From a virus: a stretch of DNA of 64,000 nt. Positions 37,758 to 47,625 of this stretch are shown here, piece after piece (positions within the stretch are counted from its first letter, which is position 1; the number at the start of each line of letters is the position of its first letter). The stretch spans positions 31,325 through 95,324 of IMG/VR virus record IMGVR_UViG_3300027573_000023. The stretch is one strand, 5' to 3'. The position numbers were made by a program, and so were the translations under genes. The notes below the pieces were generated by a model. It saw nothing but the letters and a program-made list of their open reading frames with translations. It did not search any database and was not told the DNA's origin.

Positions 37758-37832
37758 TGGAAAGAGTGGGACTTGAACCCACATTCTTGATAACTGTACT
37801 GCTAACTGTCCTAACCATTAGACGATCTCCCC
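37758..37832 (-). tRNA. tRNA-like gene with corrupted anticodon arm
   Basis: Acceptor GGGGAGA/TCTTTCC, D arm GTCTAATGGTTAGGAC and T arm GTGGG-TTCAAGT-CCCAC present; no canonical 5+7+5 anticodon arm. Confidence 0.6.
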
Positions 37833-37862
37833 TACCAACCCATAGTATCAATTAAACAAACA

Positions 37863-38351
37863 TCACTCTCCCTTGTTCGATGCAGGGTCTGACATCTCAC
37901 TTGGAATTTCTTCAAATGGAACAGTATCTGTACCATCACTTTTTTCTTTATAGCCATAGTGTTTAGCTATCATATCCAATACTGCTAAACCAAAATCATC
38001 CATTGGAGTAGCCATAATAGGATACATTTCTTTATAGAAAGTATCATCATCAAACCACATCCATGTTTTGAAATGAATTATGCTTCTTGCTGCTCGTGCA
38101 CCATCTTGTGCTATCGCTTGCTTATAAGCATAAGGCAAGTAATCAAGAATTTGTGCTTTAACATCCAATTGTCCCCACTTCTCATCCTCAGGACATGTTC
38201 CATCTTCTACTGACTTAACATAGTCAGGTGTTAGAAAAGGTTTAGCATTTTCAAAAGTCATTAGACTTATCAAGTCTAACTTTTGTACTCCCAAATCGTC
38301 TTCAGATTCTGTATCATGGAATCTGGCAATAATCTCCTCTTGTGTTCTCAT
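37863..38351 (-). CDS. Hypothetical protein
   Basis: 162-aa ORF. Confidence 0.7.
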   Translation of the reverse strand: MRTQEEIIARFHDTESEDDLGVQKLDLISLMTFENAKPFLTPDYVKSVEDGTCPEDEKWGQLDVKAQILDYLPYAYKQAIAQDGARAARSIIHFKTWMWFDDDTFYKEMYPIMATPMDDFGLAVLDMIAKHYGYKEKSDGTDTVPFEEIPSEMSDPASNKGE

Positions 38352-38684
38352 TTTTTAATATGTTTATTTTTGGTTTTAACATGCTCTTCTTCATCGTCAT
38401 CAAAACTATGATAAAGGATGTTTAAGGCTACAAATATAATCATTATGATTAGAAATATTGCTAAACCTATGCCACAAGTTTCACCTTGCAATAATAATTT
38501 AACAGTCAGCATCGCTCTTCTTTATGTTTAATCCCAAGAATGCAATAAGCATGTGAGGGGTTGTTAAACCCCCTACATCTTACTTCTACAAGTAATCTTT
38601 TTGCCATAATATTTCTTAATGTGTTTGTTGAATATTCCAGCAAGCCTTTTTTAAATCTTTGTCTGGCCATTGTGTTGTTGGTAT

Positions 38685-38930
38685 TTAAATTAATCTAGTA
38701 ATAGCACTCTCTTCCATGGTTAGGATTTTAAGAATAGCTCTTTCCTGTTCTGGTGATACATGTAAAATATGAGAAAGAATCTCAATCTTATCATGTGTAA
38801 GTTCTGTTACGCCTTTAGCGAAAGCGTGAATCCTGTCAAACTGATTGTGCACTTGGTGTAGTTCACAAGGGTCTAAAGGATTCTCTTCATCCTTAACCCA
38901 TCTTCCATTTCTGATAACTGCTTTACTCAT
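38685..38930 (-). CDS. Hypothetical protein
   Basis: 81-aa ORF. Confidence 0.6.
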   Translation of the reverse strand: MSKAVIRNGRWVKDEENPLDPCELHQVHNQFDRIHAFAKGVTELTHDKIEILSHILHVSPEQERAILKILTMEESAITRLI

Positions 38931-38982
38931 AATTAATTAATTTTAGTTAGAAAAAGCCCTCCTAATTAAAAGAGGGCGTTAA

Positions 38983-40548
38983 TTATTCTGCAATAGTGTC
39001 CTTTCCACTAGTGGAATAGGTGTAAATTTGGTCATGACCAGTAACTTCCACTTGTTTACCACCAGTAGCAATGCATAAATCTTTGAGTTCATCACTCATT
39101 TGCATTAAACTGATGGCATTCACTTTATATGGAAATTCATCATAACCAACTTCATCTTGACCATCATTAATGATTAAGATTTCTGGTAGCTCCTTAGACA
39201 GATCAACATCAAGATTGTGTAATTTTCCACTCTTAATACTTGCTGCAACGTGCTCTACAACTCTGCCAATGTTTGTAAAGCTACCTGAAGGATAATTGGA
39301 ATGTTGAGTCCAAAATCTCTCAACATCCTTAGCATCTTTAACATGGATGAATTTAAGACTACTTGTATTAGAAACAAAGAAACTGAAGAACACTTCAGCC
39401 TCTCCTCTTATAACATACTTAAATCTATCCATTAATAAAGCATTTACCCAAATCTGCTTATCTGTTTCATTCATACTACCTGATTGGTCACATAAGATAA
39501 TAATCTTTTGTTTCTTTTCACTGGTCTGAACTGGTACATTGATAAGCAAATCTTTGGTAAGGAACTTTCTTCTGAACGTAGGAAGCATTCTCTGCACAGT
39601 GTCAATCATTCTTAATTGATCATAACTACGCATGATTTTCTTTCTATGTATATCAGAATTAGCAACTTCTTGCTCTCCAATACCCTTCTCAACTTTAAAT
39701 TGAGACCCTAAATCACCAATGATAGATATTTTATCTAAGATTGCTAATTTGTGGTCCTTATTAAATCTACACATATCAACTTGAGTATTTAAATCTGGAT
39801 CAGCATAATCACATCTCCTGAACTCAATTCTTCTTGATTTCTCTCTACCAGACTTCTTCTGTCTGTTGTTATAAGAGTCAACATCCCTAACCTTATGATT
39901 GAAAGCAATTGCTTGCTCTAAAGGAGTGAATCCTGGTATGAAAGTTTCATATACGTTTTCAAACATAGCTACTTTCTTATCCCATTCTTCTGTACCTCCA
40001 CCATAATCATTTCTATCCTTGAATTTCTCTGCAATATAGTCCTTGTCATCAATCATTTTGAAATAACAAACCCTTGCAAGCTCCTTAATCCTTTTGATGT
40101 CCTCAGAGGCCCAATAATTAGTTTTAGCAGCAATCTGTTCCTTAGTGGGAGTTAGATAGTTTTCAGGCTCCTTAACAAACAGATTATCATTACTGTCATC
40201 ATCAGCATAAACATATGATGTATAGCTCCAATTAGACCATCTGGTAGACTCCCAAGCATAAGCTGGTTTCTTTTGAACAACACTAAGTGTTTCTCCATAA
40301 TAGTCTTCCTCATCAGCATCCCAACCATATCTCTTGTTTCTTCTCTCCTTCTTTCTCTCACTTTTAGTTTTTCTGTAATCAGAATACAATGTACCCTGAT
40401 CCAGATTACCTCTATTAAGAGTAGTTTTCTCAGATTCATATCTCCAAGTGTTGGGACCTGTCTGTACAGCAACAACACCTCTACTTACAGGTGCTGTTAT
40501 TGCCCTTGGTGAAAACCAAGGGTTACGTTTAGGTTGCCAGCCAGCCAT
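38983..40548 (-). CDS. vWA (MIDAS) domain protein, ViaA-like partner of the MoxR ATPase
   Basis: IILCDQSGSM, SFTN, IINDGQD. Confidence 0.85.
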   Translation of the reverse strand: MAGWQPKRNPWFSPRAITAPVSRGVVAVQTGPNTWRYESEKTTLNRGNLDQGTLYSDYRKTKSERKKERRNKRYGWDADEEDYYGETLSVVQKKPAYAWESTRWSNWSYTSYVYADDDSNDNLFVKEPENYLTPTKEQIAAKTNYWASEDIKRIKELARVCYFKMIDDKDYIAEKFKDRNDYGGGTEEWDKKVAMFENVYETFIPGFTPLEQAIAFNHKVRDVDSYNNRQKKSGREKSRRIEFRRCDYADPDLNTQVDMCRFNKDHKLAILDKISIIGDLGSQFKVEKGIGEQEVANSDIHRKKIMRSYDQLRMIDTVQRMLPTFRRKFLTKDLLINVPVQTSEKKQKIIILCDQSGSMNETDKQIWVNALLMDRFKYVIRGEAEVFFSFFVSNTSSLKFIHVKDAKDVERFWTQHSNYPSGSFTNIGRVVEHVAASIKSGKLHNLDVDLSKELPEILIINDGQDEVGYDEFPYKVNAISLMQMSDELKDLCIATGGKQVEVTGHDQIYTYSTSGKDTIAE

Positions 40549-41783
40549 TAGTGAAGACTTTTACCTTTGTTAAGTTTTCTCTTCTCAATACTTTTCAACA
40601 CATCAGCTACGTTGGCATCAATCTCAACCTGAGCTGTTTGTCGAGCTGGTTCTGGTGTTCCTCTTTGGTCATAGCCATAACGAGACTTTCTTCTAGGAGC
40701 TTCTTTTTCTTTAGCATACTCAGCATCAATCTCTTCTATTACTTCGCCATTGTCAGCTTTATTAATAGATTCCATAGAATAACGATATCTGCCAGCCATA
40801 TGTTGAATTTCTTCGTTAGTTTTCTTAGTAATAGCAGCATGAACCTGAATTAGGTCATCATTTACAACCATACTTCTAACTTCACTAAATTTATTAGTCA
40901 ATATATTATAATCACTAACAAATACTCTCTTCTCTTCAACAGTTTTGTTAGGATTACCTTTTAAAGTATTAACAAGATCCTCTATCTCTGCACCAATTTG
41001 CTTAAACTTAACAGTAGCCTCAAATTTCTTCAAAGCATCTTTGATTATGCCAGGTTTTCTAGCAAATTCTGCAATGTATAACAATGCATCTGGACCACAT
41101 TCCTCATAGATTTCATAACAATCAAGAGCAATCCTTGGACTAATGATAATACCACTTTTACAATACTCTTGTAATAGGAATGGTATGATTGGATCAACAG
41201 CACCTTCACCAAATCTTCTCTCTAATAATGTATTATAGGAAGCTTCATTGTAGTTATCCCATATTACATTATTCTCAAGAGGAAATCTTTCCATTAATGC
41301 TTTTAAACTAGCGTTTTTAGAAAACTCATCTCTTGTCTTATTAGTACACCCAACAATGAACCTTGTCTTAATTGGAAATACTTGAGTACCATTTCTGAAT
41401 ACGCCTGAGGATAATATATCCTTTAATTGTTCCAAGATGAAATCTGGAGCATCCATCAGCTCCTCGAAAATAACATACTCGTGATTCATAAACGAATTTT
41501 CAACTAAATATTCAATTTTTCCTGTCTCCAGGAGTGGAATGTCTAATCCCCCAAACAATCTGTCTGTGGTCATACCAGTACCCATAGTAATAATATATGG
41601 ATTAATACCTCTTTCATAGAAATACTCTAATGAGTACTCTGATTTACCATGGCCACCTGGACCATACAATACAATATTCTTTTCTGTCTTTAATCCAACT
41701 TCAAGAATACCAAATGTTTTATCCATAAAGACATATTTGTCCAATAAGGATTCTCTAACTTCTTCTTTGTCTGACTGTGTCAT
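40548..41783 (-). CDS. MoxR/RavA-like AAA+ ATPase
   Basis: GPGGHGKS, LFG, IFEEL, CTN, ALMERF; start placed at MTQS (41783), downstream of a hairpin at 41826-41872. Confidence 0.85.
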   Translation of the reverse strand: MTQSDKEEVRESLLDKYVFMDKTFGILEVGLKTEKNIVLYGPGGHGKSEYSLEYFYERGINPYIITMGTGMTTDRLFGGLDIPLLETGKIEYLVENSFMNHEYVIFEELMDAPDFILEQLKDILSSGVFRNGTQVFPIKTRFIVGCTNKTRDEFSKNASLKALMERFPLENNVIWDNYNEASYNTLLERRFGEGAVDPIIPFLLQEYCKSGIIISPRIALDCYEIYEECGPDALLYIAEFARKPGIIKDALKKFEATVKFKQIGAEIEDLVNTLKGNPNKTVEEKRVFVSDYNILTNKFSEVRSMVVNDDLIQVHAAITKKTNEEIQHMAGRYRYSMESINKADNGEVIEEIDAEYAKEKEAPRRKSRYGYDQRGTPEPARQTAQVEIDANVADVLKSIEKRKLNKGKSLH

Positions 41784-41873
41784 CTTTCTAAATTTTGTTT
41801 TTAAATAAATCTGTGTTCCATATATAAAAATGTGGGGGTTTGTGCTCATACAAATTTTCCCCCACATTTTTTG

Positions 41874-42503
41874 TTATTTTCTTCTTCTCAGAAGAGGTCT
41901 TCTTTTTATCCAATATCCAGCAGGACTTGCTCCTAGCTTATCATATTGACTACTCACTTGTTTCAACTTTCTTTCTTCAACAGAAGGAATAGGAGGAATA
42001 GCATATTCTGGTGCTGGTTGATGGTGTCTTGGTATCAACTTAAAATCATTATAAGCTGCTCTGATATCTGTACTTACTATTTCTAATAAACTACACTGAT
42101 CTTCAAGATCACCAAGATATAGAGTTCCATAATGATTGAAACTATCTTCATCTTCAACTTCCAAATCATCAAGAGTTACACACATAGGTGTGGTTTCTTC
42201 TATATCACCATGATCAGAGGCTTCTCTAATAGTATAGATATATACTTCACTAGAACCATTTTCTTCTAAGAAGTTATCAACTATTTTATATAGACCCTTA
42301 TTGGCAGATATAAGACCATCATTTTCAGGATCGAATGTGGCATCTGGTACAATTACCAGAGATTCACATTCTCGTGGTGCTGTTCCCATACCACATTCAA
42401 TTATGAATATACCAGGAATACGACCAAGGTGGGACTTAACATACTCAACGTCAGTCCCACTAGCCAAGGAACTCTTGGCTAGATAGACTTTCTTATTGGA
42501 CAT
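41874..42503 (-). CDS. Hypothetical protein
   Basis: 209-aa ORF. Confidence 0.65.
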   Translation of the reverse strand: MSNKKVYLAKSSLASGTDVEYVKSHLGRIPGIFIIECGMGTAPRECESLVIVPDATFDPENDGLISANKGLYKIVDNFLEENGSSEVYIYTIREASDHGDIEETTPMCVTLDDLEVEDEDSFNHYGTLYLGDLEDQCSLLEIVSTDIRAAYNDFKLIPRHHQPAPEYAIPPIPSVEERKLKQVSSQYDKLGASPAGYWIKRRPLLRRRK

Positions 42504-42505
42504 GA

Positions 42506-42874
42506 CTATGCCTCAGTTGTTTCAGGAGCAATTGAGAAATACTCAAGGGCAATTCCTTCAGCCACAGAGATTTCATCCTCTAACAATTCCAAATCCATTG
42601 TTAAAGAGCACATTTGTTCAACCCAATGAGTTGGATTGAAATTTTTGTCACCAGGACGTAAGCTGTCTCTTGTTTCAACAGATAAATCTGTTAAGTTCAA
42701 GATTGCTTCTTCAATGGTGTCTTTTCTTCTGCGTAATGTACGCAATTTATCTTCCATAGCAGATTTACTTGCTTTGAAGATTAATTTAGCTCTTGTATCA
42801 AGAACTTCTTGTCCTGAAGATGCTAATATTCCTTGAAATTTTGGTGCTCCTTGAGCTGCTGTTCCATTTGACAT
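42506..42874 (-). CDS. Coiled-coil hypothetical protein
   Basis: 122 aa; possible distant paralogue of 34369..34665. Confidence 0.7.
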   Translation of the reverse strand: MSNGTAAQGAPKFQGILASSGQEVLDTRAKLIFKASKSAMEDKLRTLRRRKDTIEEAILNLTDLSVETRDSLRPGDKNFNPTHWVEQMCSLTMDLELLEDEISVAEGIALEYFSIAPETTEA

Positions 42875-43020
42875 GTTTTCTAGTTTTTAGAATTTTTAAA
42901 TAAAAGTAAATTGTTTATCGAGCATTAATAGGGTTTAAGCAGATTTGGCGTTGCTTTAAGGACTTCTAATTTGCATGATCGAGTTGTTTATAATTGATTA
43001 ATATTTGAACCTTGTATATA

Positions 43021-43050
43021 AAAAAAGTCCCTTATTTCTAAGGGACTTTT
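43021..43050 (-). terminator. Intrinsic terminator after the T9SS-cargo gene
   Basis: AAAAGTCCCTTA-loop-TAAGGGACTTTT. Confidence 0.85.
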
Positions 43051-43066
43051 CTTACTATAAAACTTC

Positions 43067-45445
43067 TTATTCTTTGATTATGCGCAGAGTTCTTTGCTCT
43101 GTTGCCTGATTAAGAATGATGTTATACATTCCTGTAGAATAATCTCTTCCAAACAAAGGAGAGTTAAATTCATCAGGCGTAATTGTTCTGGTCTCAACAG
43201 AACGTCCTAGAACATCATAGATGCTCATATTAATAGGATTGATAAGATTAGTACTTCTTACTGAGAAAGTGCTTCCAAATGGATTAGGATACACTGTGAA
43301 TGTAGACGAAGGCGCTACATTCCCTGTAGCATTAACCCCCTTTTGTGAACTTCTTATTGAAGTACAAGTAGATTGTGTTGTATTAGGTGATTTCACAACA
43401 TCACAATGTCTTCCAGCACCATTTTCATTGTTGTATCTGTCTAATAAAGAACCAGCTGCACCACATGTACCATTAGCAAAAGCTGCATTAACTAAAGCTT
43501 GTAAATCAGCTATAGTTGCAACTGAATAATCTAAAGTACCATCACAGATGTTTAGCAATGCTGCTACAGATTGTCTAGCTAAGTTGTTACAATCACCACC
43601 ACCTAAATTCAATGCTTGAAGCAATGTTAAACCAGCAGGAAGTGTTGAACCAGTGAATACAGAATTATATGGTGTACAAGTTGTATAACAATCCCAAGCT
43701 AATGTATGGTTTTTCCAGTATCCTAAAGTACAACCATTAGGTTGTGCACAAGATAAAACAAGAACAGTTTGACTGCAAGAAGCTGATGTGTTATCACACT
43801 CATCTTCAGCTGTCCAAGATTGTGTATGAGATACACTTCCATCAGGGTTATTTACAACTACTAAAGCACCTGGAATTATATCAATATCTCCAGGAGCAGT
43901 ACAATTGTCTGTTGCTGTTGGAGTATCAAATACAACTGCTGCATCACAAGCAACCTCTTTATTAGGTAAACAATTGATAACTGGAGCAGTAGTATCTATT
44001 CTGTATGTAAATACCTGATCACAAGTATCAAATAGACCACACGAATTTTCAACTCTATAAGTACGAGTAAGCGTTAGTGCGCAATCAGTACCAGTAACTA
44101 CATCACTAGATGTATATGGTAAAGTAGGGCAATCTGAATCAACTGTAGGAGCTGTTGGATCAGGAATGGTTGGGTTACAACCCAATGCTCCACCTGGAGC
44201 ACATGTAATAACTGGAGGAACAGCAGCAAGAATTTGAATACGTCTTACAAAAGGAATATCTGAAATACATCTGTCTGCAATTCTACCACTAATAACAATA
44301 GGTCCTTCACATAAAGAAGTTATAACAACAGGATCAAATGTTAATTGTGCAAGACAACCACCAGTATAACCAAATTCTGTTTTGTAAGCAGCAATAATTC
44401 CTAAAAGAGTACCTTCATCCACAATATCACATGCTGCAACTTCTCTGTCAGCAGGTAAAGTAGGCTCAATTACAGGAGGAGGAGTAATTGTATATGTTGC
44501 AGTACAAGATTCCTCTTGTTCACATCTGTCTGTTACTACCCATCTTACTGTAATTGCTCCACCACATAAATCAGGAGCTTGAATTGGTGCTCCAGGAATA
44601 GTATTAACAATTATTGGAGGAAAACCACCTGAAGTAGTAAATGAATCTAACCAATTTTGAAAATGTGCATCAAGAGCAGTTTGATCTGCAAACTGACATG
44701 AAGGGTGTGATAAAGTAAGAGGACAGTTTGTGATAATTGGGTCTGGTGGTACAGGAGCACCATTAATTACAGGAGAAGTAGCAGTACATCCATCACAGTC
44801 TGTAATTCTGATTACATAATTCTGTGGAATTACGCCAGGAAAGCTACCTGTAGTATTTGTTGCTACTACTACTCCACCAGGAGAGGTAACTAAATTATAG
44901 GTGTATTGTCCACAACCACCAGGGAGACTAGGGAATTGAACAATTTGATCTGATGTTCCTAATTTAGTACCAGTTAATCCAGGAGTAATTGATACAGTAG
45001 TGAGATCATTAGGACAATCTACAGGAGTAGCACTACCTTGTATAACTAAAACTTTAGTAAATACTGAAGCAGCACATCCTGTACCTGCTGGATCACCTGG
45101 TAGAGACATTCTAACTTCAGTAGAACCAGATAAAGGTCCTAAAAGTACAGCTACGCTATTAAACAAACCAGAAGAAACAGTAGTAGTAGAAGTTAGGGAA
45201 TTGTTGTTAACAAATCTAGCACCACCAGTACTATCTCCTGTAATAGTCCAAGTTAAGGTTGTACCATTATCTAAAAGAACACTTGCTGTAGTGTAGACAA
45301 TGAGGTTGCCAGGTCCAGCACAGACAAATCTAGGTTCAGCACTTGCATTACACTGTGCAGACAAATCATTCGTGCCCAATAACGTCACGACTAACAGAAA
45401 TAGTAGGGCCAATCTTTGGACACTACAACGTAGAATTTTTTTCAT
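43067..45445 (-). CDS. Secreted Cys-rich HYR/SprB-like repeat protein with type A T9SS sorting domain
   Basis: Signal peptide ending LSA|Q; repeats such as DTTAPVINC...PTATDNC; GCTLGYWKNH domain; C-terminal VYPNPF...IYDVLGR...GMY.I......RIIKE. Confidence 0.9.
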   Translation of the reverse strand: MKKILRCSVQRLALLFLLVVTLLGTNDLSAQCNASAEPRFVCAGPGNLIVYTTASVLLDNGTTLTWTITGDSTGGARFVNNNSLTSTTTVSSGLFNSVAVLLGPLSGSTEVRMSLPGDPAGTGCAASVFTKVLVIQGSATPVDCPNDLTTVSITPGLTGTKLGTSDQIVQFPSLPGGCGQYTYNLVTSPGGVVVATNTTGSFPGVIPQNYVIRITDCDGCTATSPVINGAPVPPDPIITNCPLTLSHPSCQFADQTALDAHFQNWLDSFTTSGGFPPIIVNTIPGAPIQAPDLCGGAITVRWVVTDRCEQEESCTATYTITPPPVIEPTLPADREVAACDIVDEGTLLGIIAAYKTEFGYTGGCLAQLTFDPVVITSLCEGPIVISGRIADRCISDIPFVRRIQILAAVPPVITCAPGGALGCNPTIPDPTAPTVDSDCPTLPYTSSDVVTGTDCALTLTRTYRVENSCGLFDTCDQVFTYRIDTTAPVINCLPNKEVACDAAVVFDTPTATDNCTAPGDIDIIPGALVVVNNPDGSVSHTQSWTAEDECDNTSASCSQTVLVLSCAQPNGCTLGYWKNHTLAWDCYTTCTPYNSVFTGSTLPAGLTLLQALNLGGGDCNNLARQSVAALLNICDGTLDYSVATIADLQALVNAAFANGTCGAAGSLLDRYNNENGAGRHCDVVKSPNTTQSTCTSIRSSQKGVNATGNVAPSSTFTVYPNPFGSTFSVRSTNLINPINMSIYDVLGRSVETRTITPDEFNSPLFGRDYSTGMYNIILNQATEQRTLRIIKE

Positions 45446-45470
45446 TTTTATAAAAATTTAAAAGTTTAGG

Positions 45471-45478
45471 CAAATGTA
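45471..45478 (-). promoter_or_regulatory. Bacteroidota -7 box (TACATTTG) for the T9SS-cargo gene
   Basis: Matches TAnnTTTG, 25 nt upstream of the ATG. Confidence 0.6.
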
Positions 45479-45770
45479 CTTAAAAATTTGTTAATGTGCA
45501 CATTACAATGAAATTTTAACAATGAAAAATCCTTACTTTTTGTGAGGATTCTCTTAGTTTCTACCTCTACCTTTAGTTCCTCTATTCTTCTCATTTCTAC
45601 ATGGAAATTGTCTTACATAGACAGGTGTAATATCCTATTAAACAGGAGATACATAGTGTTCCTTTTGTTAATGAAAACATAGTTAGTTCTAAAGGTAATA
45701 ATTTGGACATGAGTAAATGGAGAGCCTACCTCCAGTCCTTGGCATTCAATTCCAACAAAAAGTGTTGGAT

Positions 45771-46040
45771 TTACTTAATAGGATAAACATATCTTCTGAA
45801 ATAATTAGTATTAGTCCAGTGTTCTACCCCTTTTTTATTCATAATCTTCACACATCTAGGATGTGTATCTACAATTTTGACAGTATCTACTTCAAACCCA
45901 CCACATTCAGTATAACTACGTGTGAATACAAACTCATTCCCTATATATATAGGATCTCTATAAGTAGTAAGCTCCTTCTCTTTAGAAGGAGCACATGCTA
46001 ATACAGTGGCTATTAAGCCTAAAAAAATAAATTTTCCCAT
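45771..46040 (-). CDS. Putative lipoprotein
   Basis: MGKFIFLGLIATVLA|C lipobox. Confidence 0.55.
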   Translation of the reverse strand: MGKFIFLGLIATVLACAPSKEKELTTYRDPIYIGNEFVFTRSYTECGGFEVDTVKIVDTHPRCVKIMNKKGVEHWTNTNYFRRYVYPIK

Positions 46041-46321
46041 AATTAATCTGATTTGTGTTTATTTAATAGTTTCCATTTATCTTCAAGAACTTTATACATA
46101 TCAAGATGAACAGGAGTACATCTGGAATGATAGAATATAGCTCTCATTTCTATTTCGATAGCTCTAATCTCAGTCATATGGCCTCTTATTTCGTCTCTAA
46201 CTAGTACTCTTTTCTTATTTTTAATAATCACTCTTGTCATAGGTGCATTAGTAGTTTTTAGCATGATAGTGTGTGGTTTAATAAAAAGCTCCTCTATATT
46301 TCAAGAGGAGCTTTTAATGGT

Positions 46322-47113
46322 TTAGTTTAATAGATCTTTGTTCTCACCTTCAGCTTTAGATGCTGATTTTGGCATTCTTTTAGCCTTTTTAGACTCTTTC
46401 TCTACATTCTCAACAAATGCCTCAACATTGTTAATAATGTTCTCTTTAATGGTCTCTTCTCCATTTTTAGTAGCATCAAAAATATCAGCTGCTACTTTAG
46501 CTTTACGTGCTTTGATTACAGCCTGCTCAAATTTTTCAAAGCTATCATAGTCATTTGGATCAACACCAAATAGGCTACGTTTACCTTTCATTTCAACAAC
46601 CTGTACATCTACAGCACTATTAGGCATATTCTTAAGGGTGTCCTTAATGGTACGCATCAATACTTTGACATCCTCAGGCATATCATCAGGCATATTGTTT
46701 ATGTCAAGAGTTTGAAACCCTTTTTCAGAAGCAACATGACCAGTAAGTCTGTCCTCAACATCATTATCTCTTTTTCTTGGTTTAAGATTGGCACCATACA
46801 TTTCAGGATACAAATCATTCACTGCTTCATCAGTCATAGATTTAGTATCCATGTCCCCATTAAACATTACTTTGTATGCCTTAGTTACCTGGCCAACTTT
46901 AGATTCAAGCTTAGCCATTATACCCAGAATTCTGTCTGCTTTACATAGCATACATGGTTCTTTCTTTGTGTGACGCTTGTCACCTTGTATCATTACATTA
47001 CATAACTCTTTCTGAGCTATAATGTATTTAGCAATTGTAGCTCTTGCTACCTTCTCCATAGCTGCTTTAGCTACTGTTTCATTTTTTTGACTGTGTTTTT
47101 GAAATAAACTCAT
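46322..47113 (-). CDS. Hypothetical protein
   Basis: 263 aa, followed by a terminator-like hairpin at 46283-46315. Confidence 0.7.
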   Translation of the reverse strand: MSLFQKHSQKNETVAKAAMEKVARATIAKYIIAQKELCNVMIQGDKRHTKKEPCMLCKADRILGIMAKLESKVGQVTKAYKVMFNGDMDTKSMTDEAVNDLYPEMYGANLKPRKRDNDVEDRLTGHVASEKGFQTLDINNMPDDMPEDVKVLMRTIKDTLKNMPNSAVDVQVVEMKGKRSLFGVDPNDYDSFEKFEQAVIKARKAKVAADIFDATKNGEETIKENIINNVEAFVENVEKESKKAKRMPKSASKAEGENKDLLN

Positions 47114-47132
47114 CGTTATTAATTATTAAGGG

Positions 47133-47399
47133 TTATTGAATACTTTCTTTGTCCACTCTACAGTATATGTGTAGAATGTCTTTAACTTCTTCATGCACTT
47201 TCTTAGAGTATGTATACTCTATTCTTGCCTTGGGTACATACCCCACAACAGTTCCTATCTTAGGTATAGTTTCCAATATGTGCATTAAATGTAATTCACC
47301 TATTGTTTTTACTCCTAATACCTTCAATATAACCTTGGTTCTTACTGTAATATCAAGATCTTCTATCTTAACATTATTATTGTCTGTTTTTATATGCAT
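47133..47399 (-). CDS. RNA polymerase alpha-CTD-like small protein
   Basis: IEDLDITVRTKVILKVLGVKTIGEL...IPKIG resembles alpha-CTD IEELxLSVRxxNxLKxxGIxTIGDL...PNxG. Confidence 0.65.
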   Translation of the reverse strand: MHIKTDNNNVKIEDLDITVRTKVILKVLGVKTIGELHLMHILETIPKIGTVVGYVPKARIEYTYSKKVHEEVKDILHIYCRVDKESIQ

Positions 47400-47625
47400 T
47401 GTATAGATATTATTTATCGTTTATAAATATGTAATAGACTAAGCCTATGGTAAACCTAATCACAAGCCCATAGGCAAAATCTATTACTCCTAACTAACCT
47501 TATAAATAAAAAGTATTATGAAAACTTGATATTCTCCTCTAAATTCCAGACCTTTGAGGCACAGTCGAAAGACACTTGAGACTTAATATTACTGCTCTTA
47601 TATATTCCTCAGACAGCACCCCAGA

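Noticed and set aside
41784-41867. N-terminal extension of the MoxR ATPase ORF
   Set aside because: Runs through a terminator-like hairpin; the start at 41783 is preferred.
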